Under the pieces are notes generated by a model that was not told the DNA's origin, did no database searches, and saw nothing but the letters and a program-made list of their open reading frames with translations. A stretch of DNA of 64,000 nucleotides from Curvularia clavata (lineage: Eukaryota). Where the stretch lies: assembly GCA_023920165.1 (NCBI GenBank), contig CP089274.1:1364001-1428000 (forward strand). Direction: 5' to 3'. Numbering within the stretch: the first letter of the stretch is position 1; each line of letters begins with the position of its first letter. Positions 41,190-54,366 of the stretch are shown in pieces. The position numbers and the translations under genes were made by a program.

Positions 41190-42209
41190 ATGTCCGTCGT
41201 CTCGCTTCTCGGCGTCGAGGTCAAGAACAACCCCGCCCGCTTTGATGAGCCCTACGAGTTTGAAATCACATTCGAGTGCCTCGAGCAACTGCAAAAGGGT
41301 AACTGCCCCGTCCATACTGGCCCCAATCGCATTTGCTAACCCACAAGCAGACTTGGAATGGAAATTGACCTATGTTGGCTCTGCCACTTCGTGAGTCCAT
41401 CACCGCCCCCTCTGCGTCACCCCGACTGCGTCTGACAAGTGCCAGAAATGAGTACGACCAAGAACTCGACTCGGTCCTTGTCGGGCCCCTGCCGGTCGGT
41501 GTCAACAAGTTCCAATTCCGTGCCGACCCCCCAGACCTATCGCGCATCCCCAACAGCGAAATCATTGGTGTCACCGTTATCCTGCTTAGTTGCAGCTACG
41601 ACGAGCGTGAATTCGTCCGTGTCGGATACTATGTGAACAACGAGTACACAGACGAGGCGCTGGCACTCGACCCCCCTACCAAGCCCGTCATCGAGAAGGT
41701 GCAGAGGCAGATTCTTGCTGAGAAGCCACGCGTCACTCGCTTCGCCATCAAGTGGTACGTTCAAGCACTCGCACTGACTGTCAATTTTTCATGCCGCTAA
41801 CTGCATCAGGGATTCGGAAGAGTCTGCGCCCCCAGAGTTCCCTCCTGAGCAACCAGAGGCCGACCTTACTGCCGACGGAGACCAGTACGGTATCGAAGAA
41901 GAGGAAGAGGAAGACGAGGGTGTCGAGGGCGAGGGCGCCGCTGCCGACGGCGAAGATGCTGCCATGGCAGGAGGTGAGGACACGGCCGGCCCTGCCCAGG
42001 ATGATGACGCAGAGTCCGAGGCTGGTAGCGAGGAAATTGATATCGAAGACTCAGAAGAGGACGAGGAGGAGGAAGGCGAGGAAGGCGGTGACGATGACAT
42101 GGAAATGGATGAGGCTGAGCCGAGTGCGGCCAGCGGTGACAAGTCGGCTGCCCAGCAGCCCGGAGGTGCACAACAGCAACAGCATGGCGCAGATGTCATG
42201 GTACACTAA
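41190..42209 (+). CDS. ASF1: Histone H3/H4 chaperone Asf1, 4 exons
   Basis: [56 protein letters not shown] and an acidic C-terminal tail. Confidence 0.98.
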
Positions 42210-43456
42210 GGGGTAACGGCTCTCCATTGAACCAGCCTCTTTGACTCTCTGTACTTTGCCATTGCAGATGCTGCGGAATAGCGACATGCGTTGCTGCCTG
42301 GCTGTCTAGCACAGGTATACGTCTGACGTTTCACTTGGCACTGTCTCTGTAGGATACTGTCTTTCTTTGTCACGAAATATCAACGTCTGATGCCAACCAT
42401 CATCAGGATCATCATGGTGCTATATTTGTGATGGCCATGTACACTTGGGGAGTAGTGGTGGTGAGTACGGACGTCCACCCCATGCAGCCACGCAAGCCAA
42501 TACTGCGCCCAAGCCCACGGCTACGCAACCTCTCATCTCCGTAAAAGAAGCTCAACATGCCGCTAATAGGTTCCAAGGTTTGACTCGTCGGGCGCCCAGA
42601 AACTCACACCAGACAGACCAAAAGGGGCGCCGGCACCAGATGCTACTAGTGCACAGCCTCCGGGCATCAATGGCGCAGCCGCCGCTACTCCACCCGTGCA
42701 TTGTCTCTAGGGCGCCAAATGCATGCAAAACACTTACAGATGATGTGAGCCGGGGTTTGTTCAGAATGGATGTTTTATGATCCCATGCACATTACCTTCC
42801 TGACCCGCTTGTGTTCTTGTGACCTCTGAAAGTGCGCGGGTGTACAGAGTCAGGCAACACGCTTGAAGTTGACGTCAAGCGACCGCAGCCCTTCCTGCCC
42901 AGAATCTAGAAGCTCCGATCACTTCAACGCCCGTTTCAGCACCAAATACTTTTGTCCTCTTTCATTGCTGCGGGTTTCGCTCTTTGGCCCCCCGCCCCCC
43001 AACATATAATACTACGTACATTCCACCTACCTGCCTGCGCCCTGTTTCAAACACCCGCTGCCGTCGTTTCCGCCGCCATCCACGATCAAACCTGGCACCG
43101 CCACCCGCCATCAATACTTCACCCCCCTGACAGCTGGTGCGCGACATACATACCTACGTCTCTCTACACAAGATCGTCCTCTTTCTCGTATAGGATACCC
43201 GGGGATCGCACGGTCGCGGGAAAGATAGCAGCTAGCGAAAGCGATTCAGGGACGTACCCCACCAAAGTCAAGGTACGCTCATTTCCTGATCCACGCGTCA
43301 CTCGGCATGCGCGGCGGTCTTTGAGACCCCCTCATGCAAAGGTGGCTTAAATGGGCGGAAACCTGCATGGCAGGCAATACAAGTCTTTCTTGGACAGGAG
43401 CTGGTGCTAACATCCGAAGCCGCCGCAGCTTCTAGGGCCCGACATTCTTTTTTATC

Positions 43457-46213
43457 ATGAGCTACTACCACGGCCAACCCCAGCTAGGGGCAACCTTTGT
43501 TCCAGGCGGAGTCGATGACTATTATATGCCAGCTCCTTCGCCAGAAGTTATCTCGCCTGCGCCTCAGCGGTTCGTTCTAGCCCATTGCCATATGCAGGCC
43601 CCAGTAAAATTGCGGCTGACGTAGGTTTGGCGGCAGGATAATGCCCGAAGTCCCAGAGAACATGCAAGAAAACATCGCGCATCTAGAGTTGGAAGCAAAC
43701 GGTCCTCGAAGCATCAACGGCGCAATGTCGCCAACACACCACAACCAGTCACAGCAATTCTCCCCACGACAGGCCAATTACCCCAATGAATTGCCCGCAC
43801 AGAACGACCAATGGCCAGCCCGACAAGGAAGCATCTCAGCTGCCTTTCGACAGCCACCGAGTGTGCCGCCGCAGTCTGTACAACCGCAGTCCTCGCACGA
43901 TTACAACCAATTCGCTCAGCATCACGATTCGCCCAATTTCTCGCCCTTTCCCAAGCTCCCAAACAGACCGCCCAACGTGCCGCCGTCGGATGACGAAAAG
44001 GAAGCAGTGTTGGAAAATGCGCGTCTGCCAGTCCTCAACTCCAATGATCCCGAGATGCAGCTGGCGTGGGCACAAGATGCACTGCAATACGTAGACGCTG
44101 CCCAATTGCACGAACAGCGCATCTCCGAGATCCAGGGCGCGAGGCCCGCAACACCGCAAGTCGAACACCAGCTGCGCGTGGACGCAATGAACGTTGTGAC
44201 GTTTCTGGCAGACCAGCACCATCCAAAGGCAATGTTCATGCGGGGAATGTGGCTCGAGTTTGGCAAGTTCGGCATGCGGGCAGACAAGAAAGAGGCATTT
44301 AGATGCTACTCTCATGCGGCGTCAAAGGGGTATGCTAGAGCAGAGTATCGAATGGGCATGCAATTCGAGCAGGCGAATGACCCCATCAAGGCCCTGCAAC
44401 ACTACAAAGCTGGTGCGGACCAAGGCGACTCAGCCTCCAACTATCGTCTTGGTATGATGACGCTGCTCGGACAACACGGACAACCCCAAGATTTTGCACG
44501 GGGAATCCAGCTTATCAGACAGGCCGCAGCTACCGCTGATGAGAATGCTCCCCAGGGCGCCTACGTCCTGGGTATGCTCCAAGCACGCGAACTACCGCAA
44601 ATCAGCGTTCCCGAGACCTTTTTACCCTATGACGAGAAAGGCGCACGACAAAATATCGAGAAAGCTGCATACTTGGGCTTTGCAAAGGCTCAACTGAAGA
44701 TGGGGTCGGCATATGAACTCTGCAGCCTGGGCTGTGAATTCAATCCTACTTTATCCCTACACTACAATGCCCTCGCATCTAGGCAGGGCGAGCCTGAAGC
44801 GGATATGGCAATCAGCAAGTGGTTCCTCTGTGGTCATGAGGGGGAGTTCAACAAGAACGAAGAGCTGGCATACCAATACGCTCAACGGGCAGCGGTGGCA
44901 GGCCTGGCCACTGCCGAGTTTGCCATGGGCTATTTCCATGAGATTGGTATGAATGTTCCAGTCAACCTTGACAAAGCCCTCGAATGGTATTCAAAGGCCG
45001 AAAAGAATGGCAACAAGGATGCGTCTGCACGGATAGAGAGCATATCGAAGCTATCACGGACTTTGTCAAAGAGGGATCATGAAAACGTCGCAATCAACAT
45101 GATCAAATCGAAACATGGCTCCATGCGTGGACAGCGCCCGGCGAGGCTCCAGCAACCTCATGCTCCCATGACGCCAATCAACGACACAAGCCCTTCCGAT
45201 TACGGTTCGGATGCCTCACCTGCCACACCGGGAGGTGGTCGGCTCCCGCCTCGAGGAGACAGTACAACCCCGTACCCTATCTCGGACCAGCCTCCAATGG
45301 TAGTAAAGCCGCCTACATCGGCACCCTACGACCGCCCATCCACAGCAGCACCCTACCCCATGGACAATGGTCCTCCACGGCTAGGCCCGCAACGTCCAAC
45401 CATGGCTGGTGGATTCGCTCCAGAACTCAGAGCGGCCAGCGCTCGCCCAGTATCATCGGCTTTCAATATCAACCCCAACATATACCCACCGAACGACGGC
45501 TACGGACGCGGTAACCCTCGGCCCGGCCCTGGCCCTGGCCCTGACATGGGTCCCATGCCACTGCGACCTCATACCAGCGTGGATAATATGGGCCGAGGGG
45601 GACGTGTTCCTGGTGGTCGCGGTGCTCCGCTACCACCAGCAGGTCCGGCAAGCTATAGACAGCCTGGAGGGCCAAGTGTTCAACGTCCAGACGTGCAGAA
45701 TCGTCCAGCTACAGCCCAACCTCCAGATATTGGATACAGTGCGCCGGACGGGCGAAACAAGCTGCAAAAACAGTCTGGAGCACCACTCAAGAAAGCGCCC
45801 ACTTTGCCCGATATCGGCTACGTTGCACCTCTTGAACCCCGCCAGCACACCCGACCTTCAACGGTTCAGCCAGGACAGGAGAGTAGGACATCTTCGCGGC
45901 CTGGCTCGGCTGGCCGACATGACAACATGCCTAACCCCAACAGAGTACAAGCACTGCAGCAGCAGCAACAACACCAACGACAACCATCACCACCTCAGAA
46001 GCCAGGACCAGGCCCGGCAAGCAAACCAGCCACACCAACAGCTCCTAGCAAGCCTGCACAATCTGCTCCTCAAGGCCCAGGAAAGGGACCGAAGACATTC
46101 GACGAAATGGGCATTGGGCAGGCGCCCAAGGAGGGTGATTGTGTAAGTCTATGTTATCTCCATTGCTTTGTCGAATATTTCATACTAATGAAAACAAACA
46201 GGTCATCATGTAG
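43457..46213 (+). CDS. CHS4: Chitin synthase activator Chs4/Skt5 (SEL1 repeats), 3 coding exons
   Basis: SEL1-like repeats (AEYRMG, SNYRLG, AQLKMG, AEFAMGY) and a Pro-rich tail. Splicing of intron 46143-46201 gives C-terminal CVIM*, a CAAX box as in yeast Chs4. Confidence 0.88.
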
Positions 46214-46812
46214 ATCGATCTGTATCGGTATGTCACTTTACTGAGTGACTTTTGCATAGCGGGGTTATTTTGTGCTTTTGATCTTGTATATTGATGAGTT
46301 GTCGCAGTATTTGGACACTCCATTTCTTCTTGTTCTTTCTTTTTCTCCTGGAAGAATCCAGGTAGTGCACCTAATTAGAAGAACTGGAACCACAAAAAAG
46401 CAGATAGAAGTGTATTTATGTGTTTGTGGCTGTCTTTCCTGTTGCAGTGTAACGGCATGCATTGTCTTAAAACGCGACTGAACGCGGTGTCACGTGATGT
46501 TGATATTCAAGTTAAACCAATTACTGCATCCTAACTATAGCCACCAATCCCAAGACAAGATCTTCTGAGAGTAGTAGCAAAAAAATTGTGCCTTTGGACA
46601 CAGTTGTCTTGACAAACCGTAATTTGGCATAAAATGTCGTGTGGTCCCATATACGGCGCGGGCACTAGTGTGGTACCTGAACGCTTCTAGTGGGGAAGGA
46701 GCGCGTCCCGAATTACCTCACCCACAACTCTTGACAGGCGTCCAGCCTTACCTGCCGCCACTGTCAATTACGCTCTTTTGCGACTACAGCAGATGCAATT
46801 CTGACTGCCATC

Positions 46813-49800
46813 ATGTCCGCCAAACGCCCCCGGGCCCACACAAACGGCGTCAATTCCAGCGGTGCCGGCCACGACAATCGCGTAGGTTGACTGTTTCCGC
46901 ATGCGACAGAACACATAGCTGATATGATGCAGAACAAGAGGCCTCGCCAATCTGAGCCAGACAGCAGCGAAGTTTCCTCAGAAGACGAACGATCGGATGT
47001 AGCGAGTGGCAGCGATGCTTCCGACCTCGAGGACGAACAAGCGCGGAATGCACAGGAACTATGGGCGACACAACAAGTACAAAAAGAGCGACGACAGACT
47101 GCGAACAGGCAAAATATCGCGACAGACTCTGGGATAATCGAAGAGATCCAGTGCATCAACTTCATGTGTCACGAGCATCTGACAGTGACTCTGGGCCCGC
47201 TTATCAATTTCATCATAGGCCATAATGGCAGCGGCAAAAGTGCTGTGCTCACTGCACTGACAATATGTCTCGGTGGGAAGGCAACGGCGACGAATCGCGC
47301 GCAAAATCTCAAGAGTTTGATCAAGGAAGGCAAGGACTTTGCCTCTGTTACTGTCAAAATCAAGAACCAAGGACCGCTTGCGTACAAGCCCTCACAGTAC
47401 GGCGAATCGATTATTGTTGAACGACACTTTAGCAGATCCGGAACTTCGGGTTTCAAGCTCAAAGATCGAAACGGCAAGCTTGTTACGAACAAGAAGGCGG
47501 AGCTTGAAGACATTCTCGACGCCTTTTCCATGCAAATTGATAACCCTATGAACGTCCTGACACAGGACATGGCAAGACAGTTTCTCAACCACTCTACTCC
47601 AAAGGATAAATACAAATTCTTCCTCCAAGGCACACAACTCGAAAACCTGAACAGAGACTATCAACAAATCGAACAATCCTTAGAAGTGATGAATGCGAAG
47701 GCCGAGGTCAAGGAGGCGGATCTAGCTGTCCTACGACGCCATATGGAAGACCTTGAAAAGAAGGCCAGGCGTGCCCAAAACCTGGAATCTTTACGGGCCA
47801 AAGAGGCAATTCTCGCAGGGCAGGCTGCATGGGCTCACGTCGAGGAAAAAGAAAAGGAAGTTGCTGATGCAATGGCTGGAGTTGAAGAAACCAAGGCCAA
47901 GATTTTAGAACGGGAGCAGAAGGCGGCTGAAGCGACTGAGCGCTACGAACGTGCTGATCAAGCCCTCGAGGCTGCCAAACAGAAAGTAACCGACATTACA
48001 GCAGAAATGGGTCCGGCAGATGAACTCGCAAACGAGGCCAAGGCGAAGTTCGATGACGTCAAGAATAAACTTAGGAATCTCCAACTGGAAGAAAGGTCGG
48101 CTCGAAATGAGTGGGAAGCTAAGCAAGCACAAGTGGAAAAATACACGAAACAAATAGAACTGTACCAACAACGACAGGCCGAAGCTGACAACGGCCTCTT
48201 TGCCGAGAAGATCCGACAGCGTGACGAAGCCATGACTGAGTGTGATAGAGCTAGAGAGGCATATACCTCTCACGACGTTGGTCGGCCACAGCTGGAGGCT
48301 GAGCTCAAGGCCGCCAAGCATGAGTTGATAAATGCTGATCAGAAAGTAAAAAAAGCACACGAAGACGCGAAACACATTCGGAACGTCATCTCAAGACTGG
48401 AAGGAGGTCAGGGTAATTGGATAGATGGGTTTCAAAATCCGGGGAAACTGAGAGCTTTGCTGGACGCGATCAAGTCCGAACGCCGATTTCGAGAGCCGCC
48501 AGTAGGGCCAATGGGCCACCACGTAAAATTGCTCGACTCTAAATGGGGTCGTATTTTGGAAAAGCAATCTGGTCGAGCTCTCAGTGGCTTCGTCGTCACC
48601 AGCAAACATGACCAAAGTCTTTTGTCTGCATTGATGGCGAAGGCAGGCTGGTTTGTACCCCCATTCCGAGCGACATATAGCGAGCTAACGACCCCAGGTC
48701 ATCGGACATATTCATCGGAAATCGCACTCCTATTGACACAAGCAATCATGAGCCTGACAGGAACCTCTTGACGTGGATGAGAGTGCTGACCGTAAGCGAA
48801 ATATGTGCAAGCCTTGTGAAGGTACTTTTAGTTAACTGATCTCTAGTTTGACGACGATCTTGTTCGGAATCAGCTGATTGTCAACCAACAGATAGAACAA
48901 ACCGTTCTCATCGAAGATATGACGGAGGGTCTCGAGTTCATGAAAGGCGGCGAATCACGCCCTAGAAACGTCAAAATGTGTTTCACATTCGCGGACGGCG
49001 ATACTCGAAGAGGCCGAGTGTTTTCCTACAGTGGTAGCGGTGCAATCAACAACAGCCCTATCGACGAATACATCGGCAACATGCGTATGCAAGTCGATCA
49101 GAATGCGCAGATCAAGTAAGTACGGCTGTAAGATTCACCAGATGTCTTTCTGACTGGCTATCTAGAGAGGAGCAAGCTCGTTTGGCGCAAGTGACACAAG
49201 AACTACAAGCACTTCAGAATACAGTCACACAGCTGCAAGAGAAGGTCAATGCTTGCAAGCGTCAGGAAGCTGACCACGAACGCCAGAAAAAAGCACTCAA
49301 GCTTGCAATGCAACGCGCTTCTGACAATTTGGACCGGCTGGAAGGCGAGCTAAGTGAGGCTACCCCTGATGCGTCCGCCATTGAGGTGGCGAGAGAGATG
49401 CTCAAGAATGCGGAAAACGACATGCATGTTGTTGTGGGTCTTTGCGAAGATTTGGAAGAGCGCAAATTCGAGTTGAACGAGCAGAACCGAGGGAACAAAC
49501 GCGAGATGGAGCAAGCGCAAGAAGCCGTGGTAGATCTAAAGTTCAAGCTTGAGAAAGCGGAATCGACAGTTCGCAAATTCCAAAGCAAGCGAGAGGATGA
49601 GCTCAAGGAGATGAATAGCTGTATTCACAAAGTTGAGAGAGCTGAAGCGGTGCGGAAGGAGTGGGAAGATAGCGTAGAAGAGTTACGAAAAGAGCTGGAA
49701 GAGATCATTGAAGGCGCTAAAGGCGTCTGCGAGGAGCGTGTTCCCGTGCCAGCGGGAAAGACCTCGGAGCAGCTCAGCCAGATGCTGGCAAAATTAGAGG

Positions 49801-50573
49801 CAACAAGGAGAGCCTCCGAAAGAGAACTAGGTGGGTCGCAAGACGAGCTCCTACGGGCTGCCAATGAAGCGAAGAGGCAACACAAGGATGCCATGCAAGA
49901 ATTTGATAACATCAAAGACTTGCGCAACGTAAGTCGAATCAGATGGGTTGATGGGCTCAGCTGACGTGTACAAGCAACTGATCACCACACTCAACAATCG
50001 ACGCAACCGGTGGAAGCAATTCAGGTCGGGCATCTCGGTGCGGGCACGAGTTACATTCAACTATCTTTTGAGTGAGCGAAAGTTCAGAGGCACGCTGAGT
50101 ATCGATCACCAGAAGGCTCTCCTCGACATCCATGTAAGCCGCAACAACCCTGCTTGTTTGACACATTGCTGACTCTTTACAGGTTCAACCGGATATCATG
50201 GAACGAAGTGGAGATGGCAGGCAGACAAAAACACTTTCGGGAGGTGAGAAGTCTTACTCGACCGTGTGCCTCCTGCTCTCGCTTTGGGATGCGATGGGGT
50301 CTCCAATCCGGTGCCTCGATGAGTTGTAAGTGGGTTCGGATCTACATTCTTTTGCCCCGACTGACGATATGCAGCGACGTGTTCATGGACAGCGTGAACC
50401 GCGAACGGAGCATGAATATGATTATTCAAGCTGCCCGGCGCTCGATTGGCCGACAGTTTATTTTCATCACCCCACAGTCGATGAGCCAGGTCAACCAGAC
50501 GTCTGACGTGAAAATCATCAAGATGTCTGATCCTGAGCGTGGACAGACGGCATTGAACCTAAGCCGAGGTTGA
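46813..50573 (+). CDS. SMC6: Structural maintenance of chromosomes protein 6, multi-exon
   Basis: NFMCH, Walker [29 protein letters not shown], coiled coils, hinge PPVGPMG, signature LSGGEKS, Walker B CLDE(F)DVFMD and QFIFITPQ. Confidence 0.96.
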
Positions 50574-51134
50574 GGCGCGTGTCCAAAGTATGTGCGAAAA
50601 TGCATATTTTGCTGCTCAGTGTCGTCCTGGCGCTTGAGGGAGTTTGTTTATGGGCATTTATAGGCACGGGGTTGAACTTGGGCAGAGCGTGCATCTATGG
50701 TTATACCCACTCGACAAGGCGTTGGGATGTTTCTGTGTTTGATACCATGTCGTTTTTTTATGCAGACTGGCTCTTTGCTGCTTGCCTCGATACTCGCCTG
50801 TGTGAAGTGATGTGCGGTTGTCGCAGATGCGGGTGACAGGGTTTTTTCGGAATGCACAAGATGAGGCGTAGCACGGCGGCGGCGTGGGCGGTCGTTGCAC
50901 AGGAAACGAGCTTGATGTGGAAAAGGCAAGGCGGATGTGCAGCCAGGATAAACCAGGGTCTCTTGGCCTTCCACGTCGATTGGCAGGACCACCACAACAC
51001 ACTTACTTAACTGCACGACCACGCACATCTCATGCACATGTAGGAGCATTATCGCCGTGCTGTTCCTGCGCCTGGCTCTCGAACCTCCCCAGGGAGCCTG
51101 TATGCCCCTCACGTAGTACTGGAATCACGCAACC

Positions 51135-54028
51135 ATGGCCGACTCCCCGCTCTCGACACCCGCTACACCCACGACTGCGTCGCCGCTGCCCTCGGATGCC
51201 GACTTTGCTCGCTCATTTTCGCCTTCGCAGGACGATGCGCAACTTCTGGGCCCCCAAGGTCCAGCAGACGACGTGTGGACAAGTACATCTGCGCCTGGTG
51301 CGGGCAGCGCAGCGCAGTCAGCTGATCCGGTGCCGGCACCGAAAGGCAAAGAGAAGGCTGCAAAGGGCCCGCTTAAACTGCTGGATCTGCCCGTAGACAT
51401 CTTGAAAGAAATCATTCACCAGGTGAGTCGGTCTCTGCACAGGCGCAGTGCCCGCCTTGGGGTCATGACGACGCGCGGAGATGCTGACCATGCCCTCAAC
51501 AGCTTCCGCACACGAATGACTTGACGTCGCTATGTCTCTGCCACTCGGCTCTCCACCGACTGACGATCCCGTGCATTTACTCGCGCTTCGATATCGTATG
51601 GCCAGATGAAAGTACCCACAACGAGCCCCGTGCCGGCGTCGACGCCCTCACATACGGCCTCGCGACGCTGGTCATGGGTGATGATTGCTTCCCCCACCAA
51701 CATCGCCTCAGACTGCAGGGACAGACGCCCACCTCGTTGTTAAGGACCGCTGCCACCCCGCACCCAGTCCCGCAACGCCGATTCGGAAACTACTATGGTC
51801 AATTTACAAAGAAGTTCTCGCTGGGTAATGGGCCGCAAGCATGGGTCCAGGAGTACATGATCACCAAGGAGGGTGGGAAGATGCTGGGGACATTGGTAGC
51901 GCTTGCTATTGCGCGCATGATCAACCTCGAGACCTTTGTTTGGGACATGCCGACAGGTGTTCTTCGCGATGTCTGGCTTGCGCTATCCAGTCTTGCACAC
52001 CGAAGTGACGGTGAGGAATGCCGTCTTGAACGACTGTGGATCAGGTGGCATGACAATACCATCGACGCACCAGTTCCTCCGCCAGCTCCACCAATGATCC
52101 TCAACAACCAGAACCTCCCCCCGCCTCCAAATACCACACATCCAAGCGGTCTTGGAACCGTTCATGCGCCTGTTGTCGTAGTGCCACCCTATCCCTCCAC
52201 CAGCATGTCAGCGCTAGATCGAGTAGAACATCCCACCTTCTCCGTGATCCCCGCATTGAAGAGCCTGAGCGTCCTGGACATTGACGAATTGCCGTATCTT
52301 GACGAAATGAGCATTTTAATCGCACGATCACAGAAGAAACTTCGCGAGCTTCGTATTGGTATTGCGGCGCATGCTCAGCAGCGGGACTGGGTGAACGTAT
52401 GGGAGGGCGAGGGCTTGCAGCAGGTAGATTACAGCACAACCTCAACCGCAGCCTGCTCGATAGGCGAGAAAAGATTGGGTGGCGTGCTGGGCATTCTTGT
52501 TGGGCGTATACACAATATGCGCCATTCGGAAGAATCACCAGCTCAAAAAAGTGCTACAGGCGTTACCGAGCGACCAGTCGAGGCAACACCAACGAAATCG
52601 GCTGCATCCCAGCCTTTGCCTTCCATAGCCTCACTTTCATTACATGAGCGCGAGACCGACCAAGACGTTGATCATTTCGGTAACCCAATGGACGATACGT
52701 CCATAGCCGAAGGAGTCACTCTGTTCAGCGATGACCAGCCCGTTGGTGCAGAGCAGAGCCCGCAGTCGACACGTCCAGAGAAATCAAACTCGAAGGCTTA
52801 CACAGCCTCCTCACCTCAAAGCCAAAGCAAACCAGAGCATGGTTCATCCCAAGATCCTGCGGAGCCCCCGCTGACTGGCAAGCTGAAGCTTGAAGTTTTG
52901 GAGCTCGAACGCGTTCCTCTCTCTGTTCCTGTGCTGCGCAGAGCCTTTGATTGGTCTATGCTGTCTACACTGACCCTTTTACATTGTAGTAATCACGAGC
53001 AATTGTGGAAGATTTTGAGAAGGACATACACACCTCGCTCCCCATATCCTGGCTCACCATCGTCTTCCAAGGCATACAAGGCATCGTTTACTCTGCGGTC
53101 TGAGTATCAACTTAACTTGAAGCGAATTCACACAAACACAGTCTCCCCCTCACTTATCTCTTTCCTGAAAGAGACCCTGGCACCCAACAGTCTCGAGGTT
53201 CTCTTCCTCCAAGAAGGCCGGTCGTACTCATCCCCGGTGACTGTAGATGCGATATACAAGGGACCCTTAAAAAGACATCGAGCCAGTCTTAAGAAGTTGA
53301 TGATTGATAGTGGCGAGAAGGGACCTGATGGACACCCTACGACGAGCTCGCGATGGCGACGATGGATGCTGAATCGAGAAATCTTGACTTTCATAACCAG
53401 TGGTCGCATGAACAACTTGCGAGAATTGGCGGTGTCTATCGACTACAAAGATTGGGTATGTAGTAGTCTGTAACACATTCAGCGAGCTTTGACTGACAGT
53501 GAGCAGCATCATTTCCTCCAACGTCTTCCATACATTCCTCATATCCGCTCCCTGTACATCCCATACATAGCTGACCATGCTCATGGGAGCAACATCGACC
53601 CACGCGAGCTCGCATATCAGATTCTTGACATTGTACACTTGCGGCCGGAGATCGAGCTCTGCTACATGGGTCTGTCTACAAAGTGTTTTGAAATTTTAGA
53701 GAACCGGCCATCAAACTATGATTTACGACATGAAGGTATGCACAATGATGGCAGCGGCTCTGCATACGCCACGCATGATCCGATGCTATCAGACGATGAG
53801 AGTGAAGCTACTGAAGATGAGGACGATGACAGCATGGATGAGAGTGCGGCAGCACCTGGTGGTGACGAAACAGAGAGCGATGTCAGCGACGATGCGGAAG
53901 GCGAGAGTGACGATGAGTCCTTTATACACGATTCGCAGAAAGGTCCGAAACTCCGGGTTAGAGAGATTCTTTTTTACGAGGAGAGAGTGGAGGCTTTCAG
54001 GAGGCGACATGGTGTGCTGAGGCCATGA
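51135..54028 (+). CDS. F-box domain protein with LRR-like region, 3 exons
   Basis: The F-box LLDLPVDILKEIIHQ|LPHTNDLTSLCLCHSALH spans intron about 51423-51502. Leu-spaced repeats follow, with an acidic C-terminal exon. Confidence 0.8.
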
Positions 54029-54366
54029 TGAAGACGAGACAACGACACACGGTTATTGATTATTCTTATAGGTATTGATGGGATAGTGTAATGATGCTCG
54101 GGTGCAGCAACGGCGTTGGATGGCGTATATGGTAGATATCCTTGATCGGGTTGTATGCTAGGCTTGGTCGCCCCCGGGATCAGAGGGAAATGGGAACGTG
54201 TAATGGCGATGCGCACTTTTCATGTTTATGTAATAGTAGGGTTCGTGTATCACAAGCTCACATGATGCATACTGCTTTCGAGAAACGACCTCTCCCACAA
54301 CTAGTAAAACCGCAATATCCAAACGAGCTCACCTATGTTTTCAATATAATGAGCCAAAATAACTTA

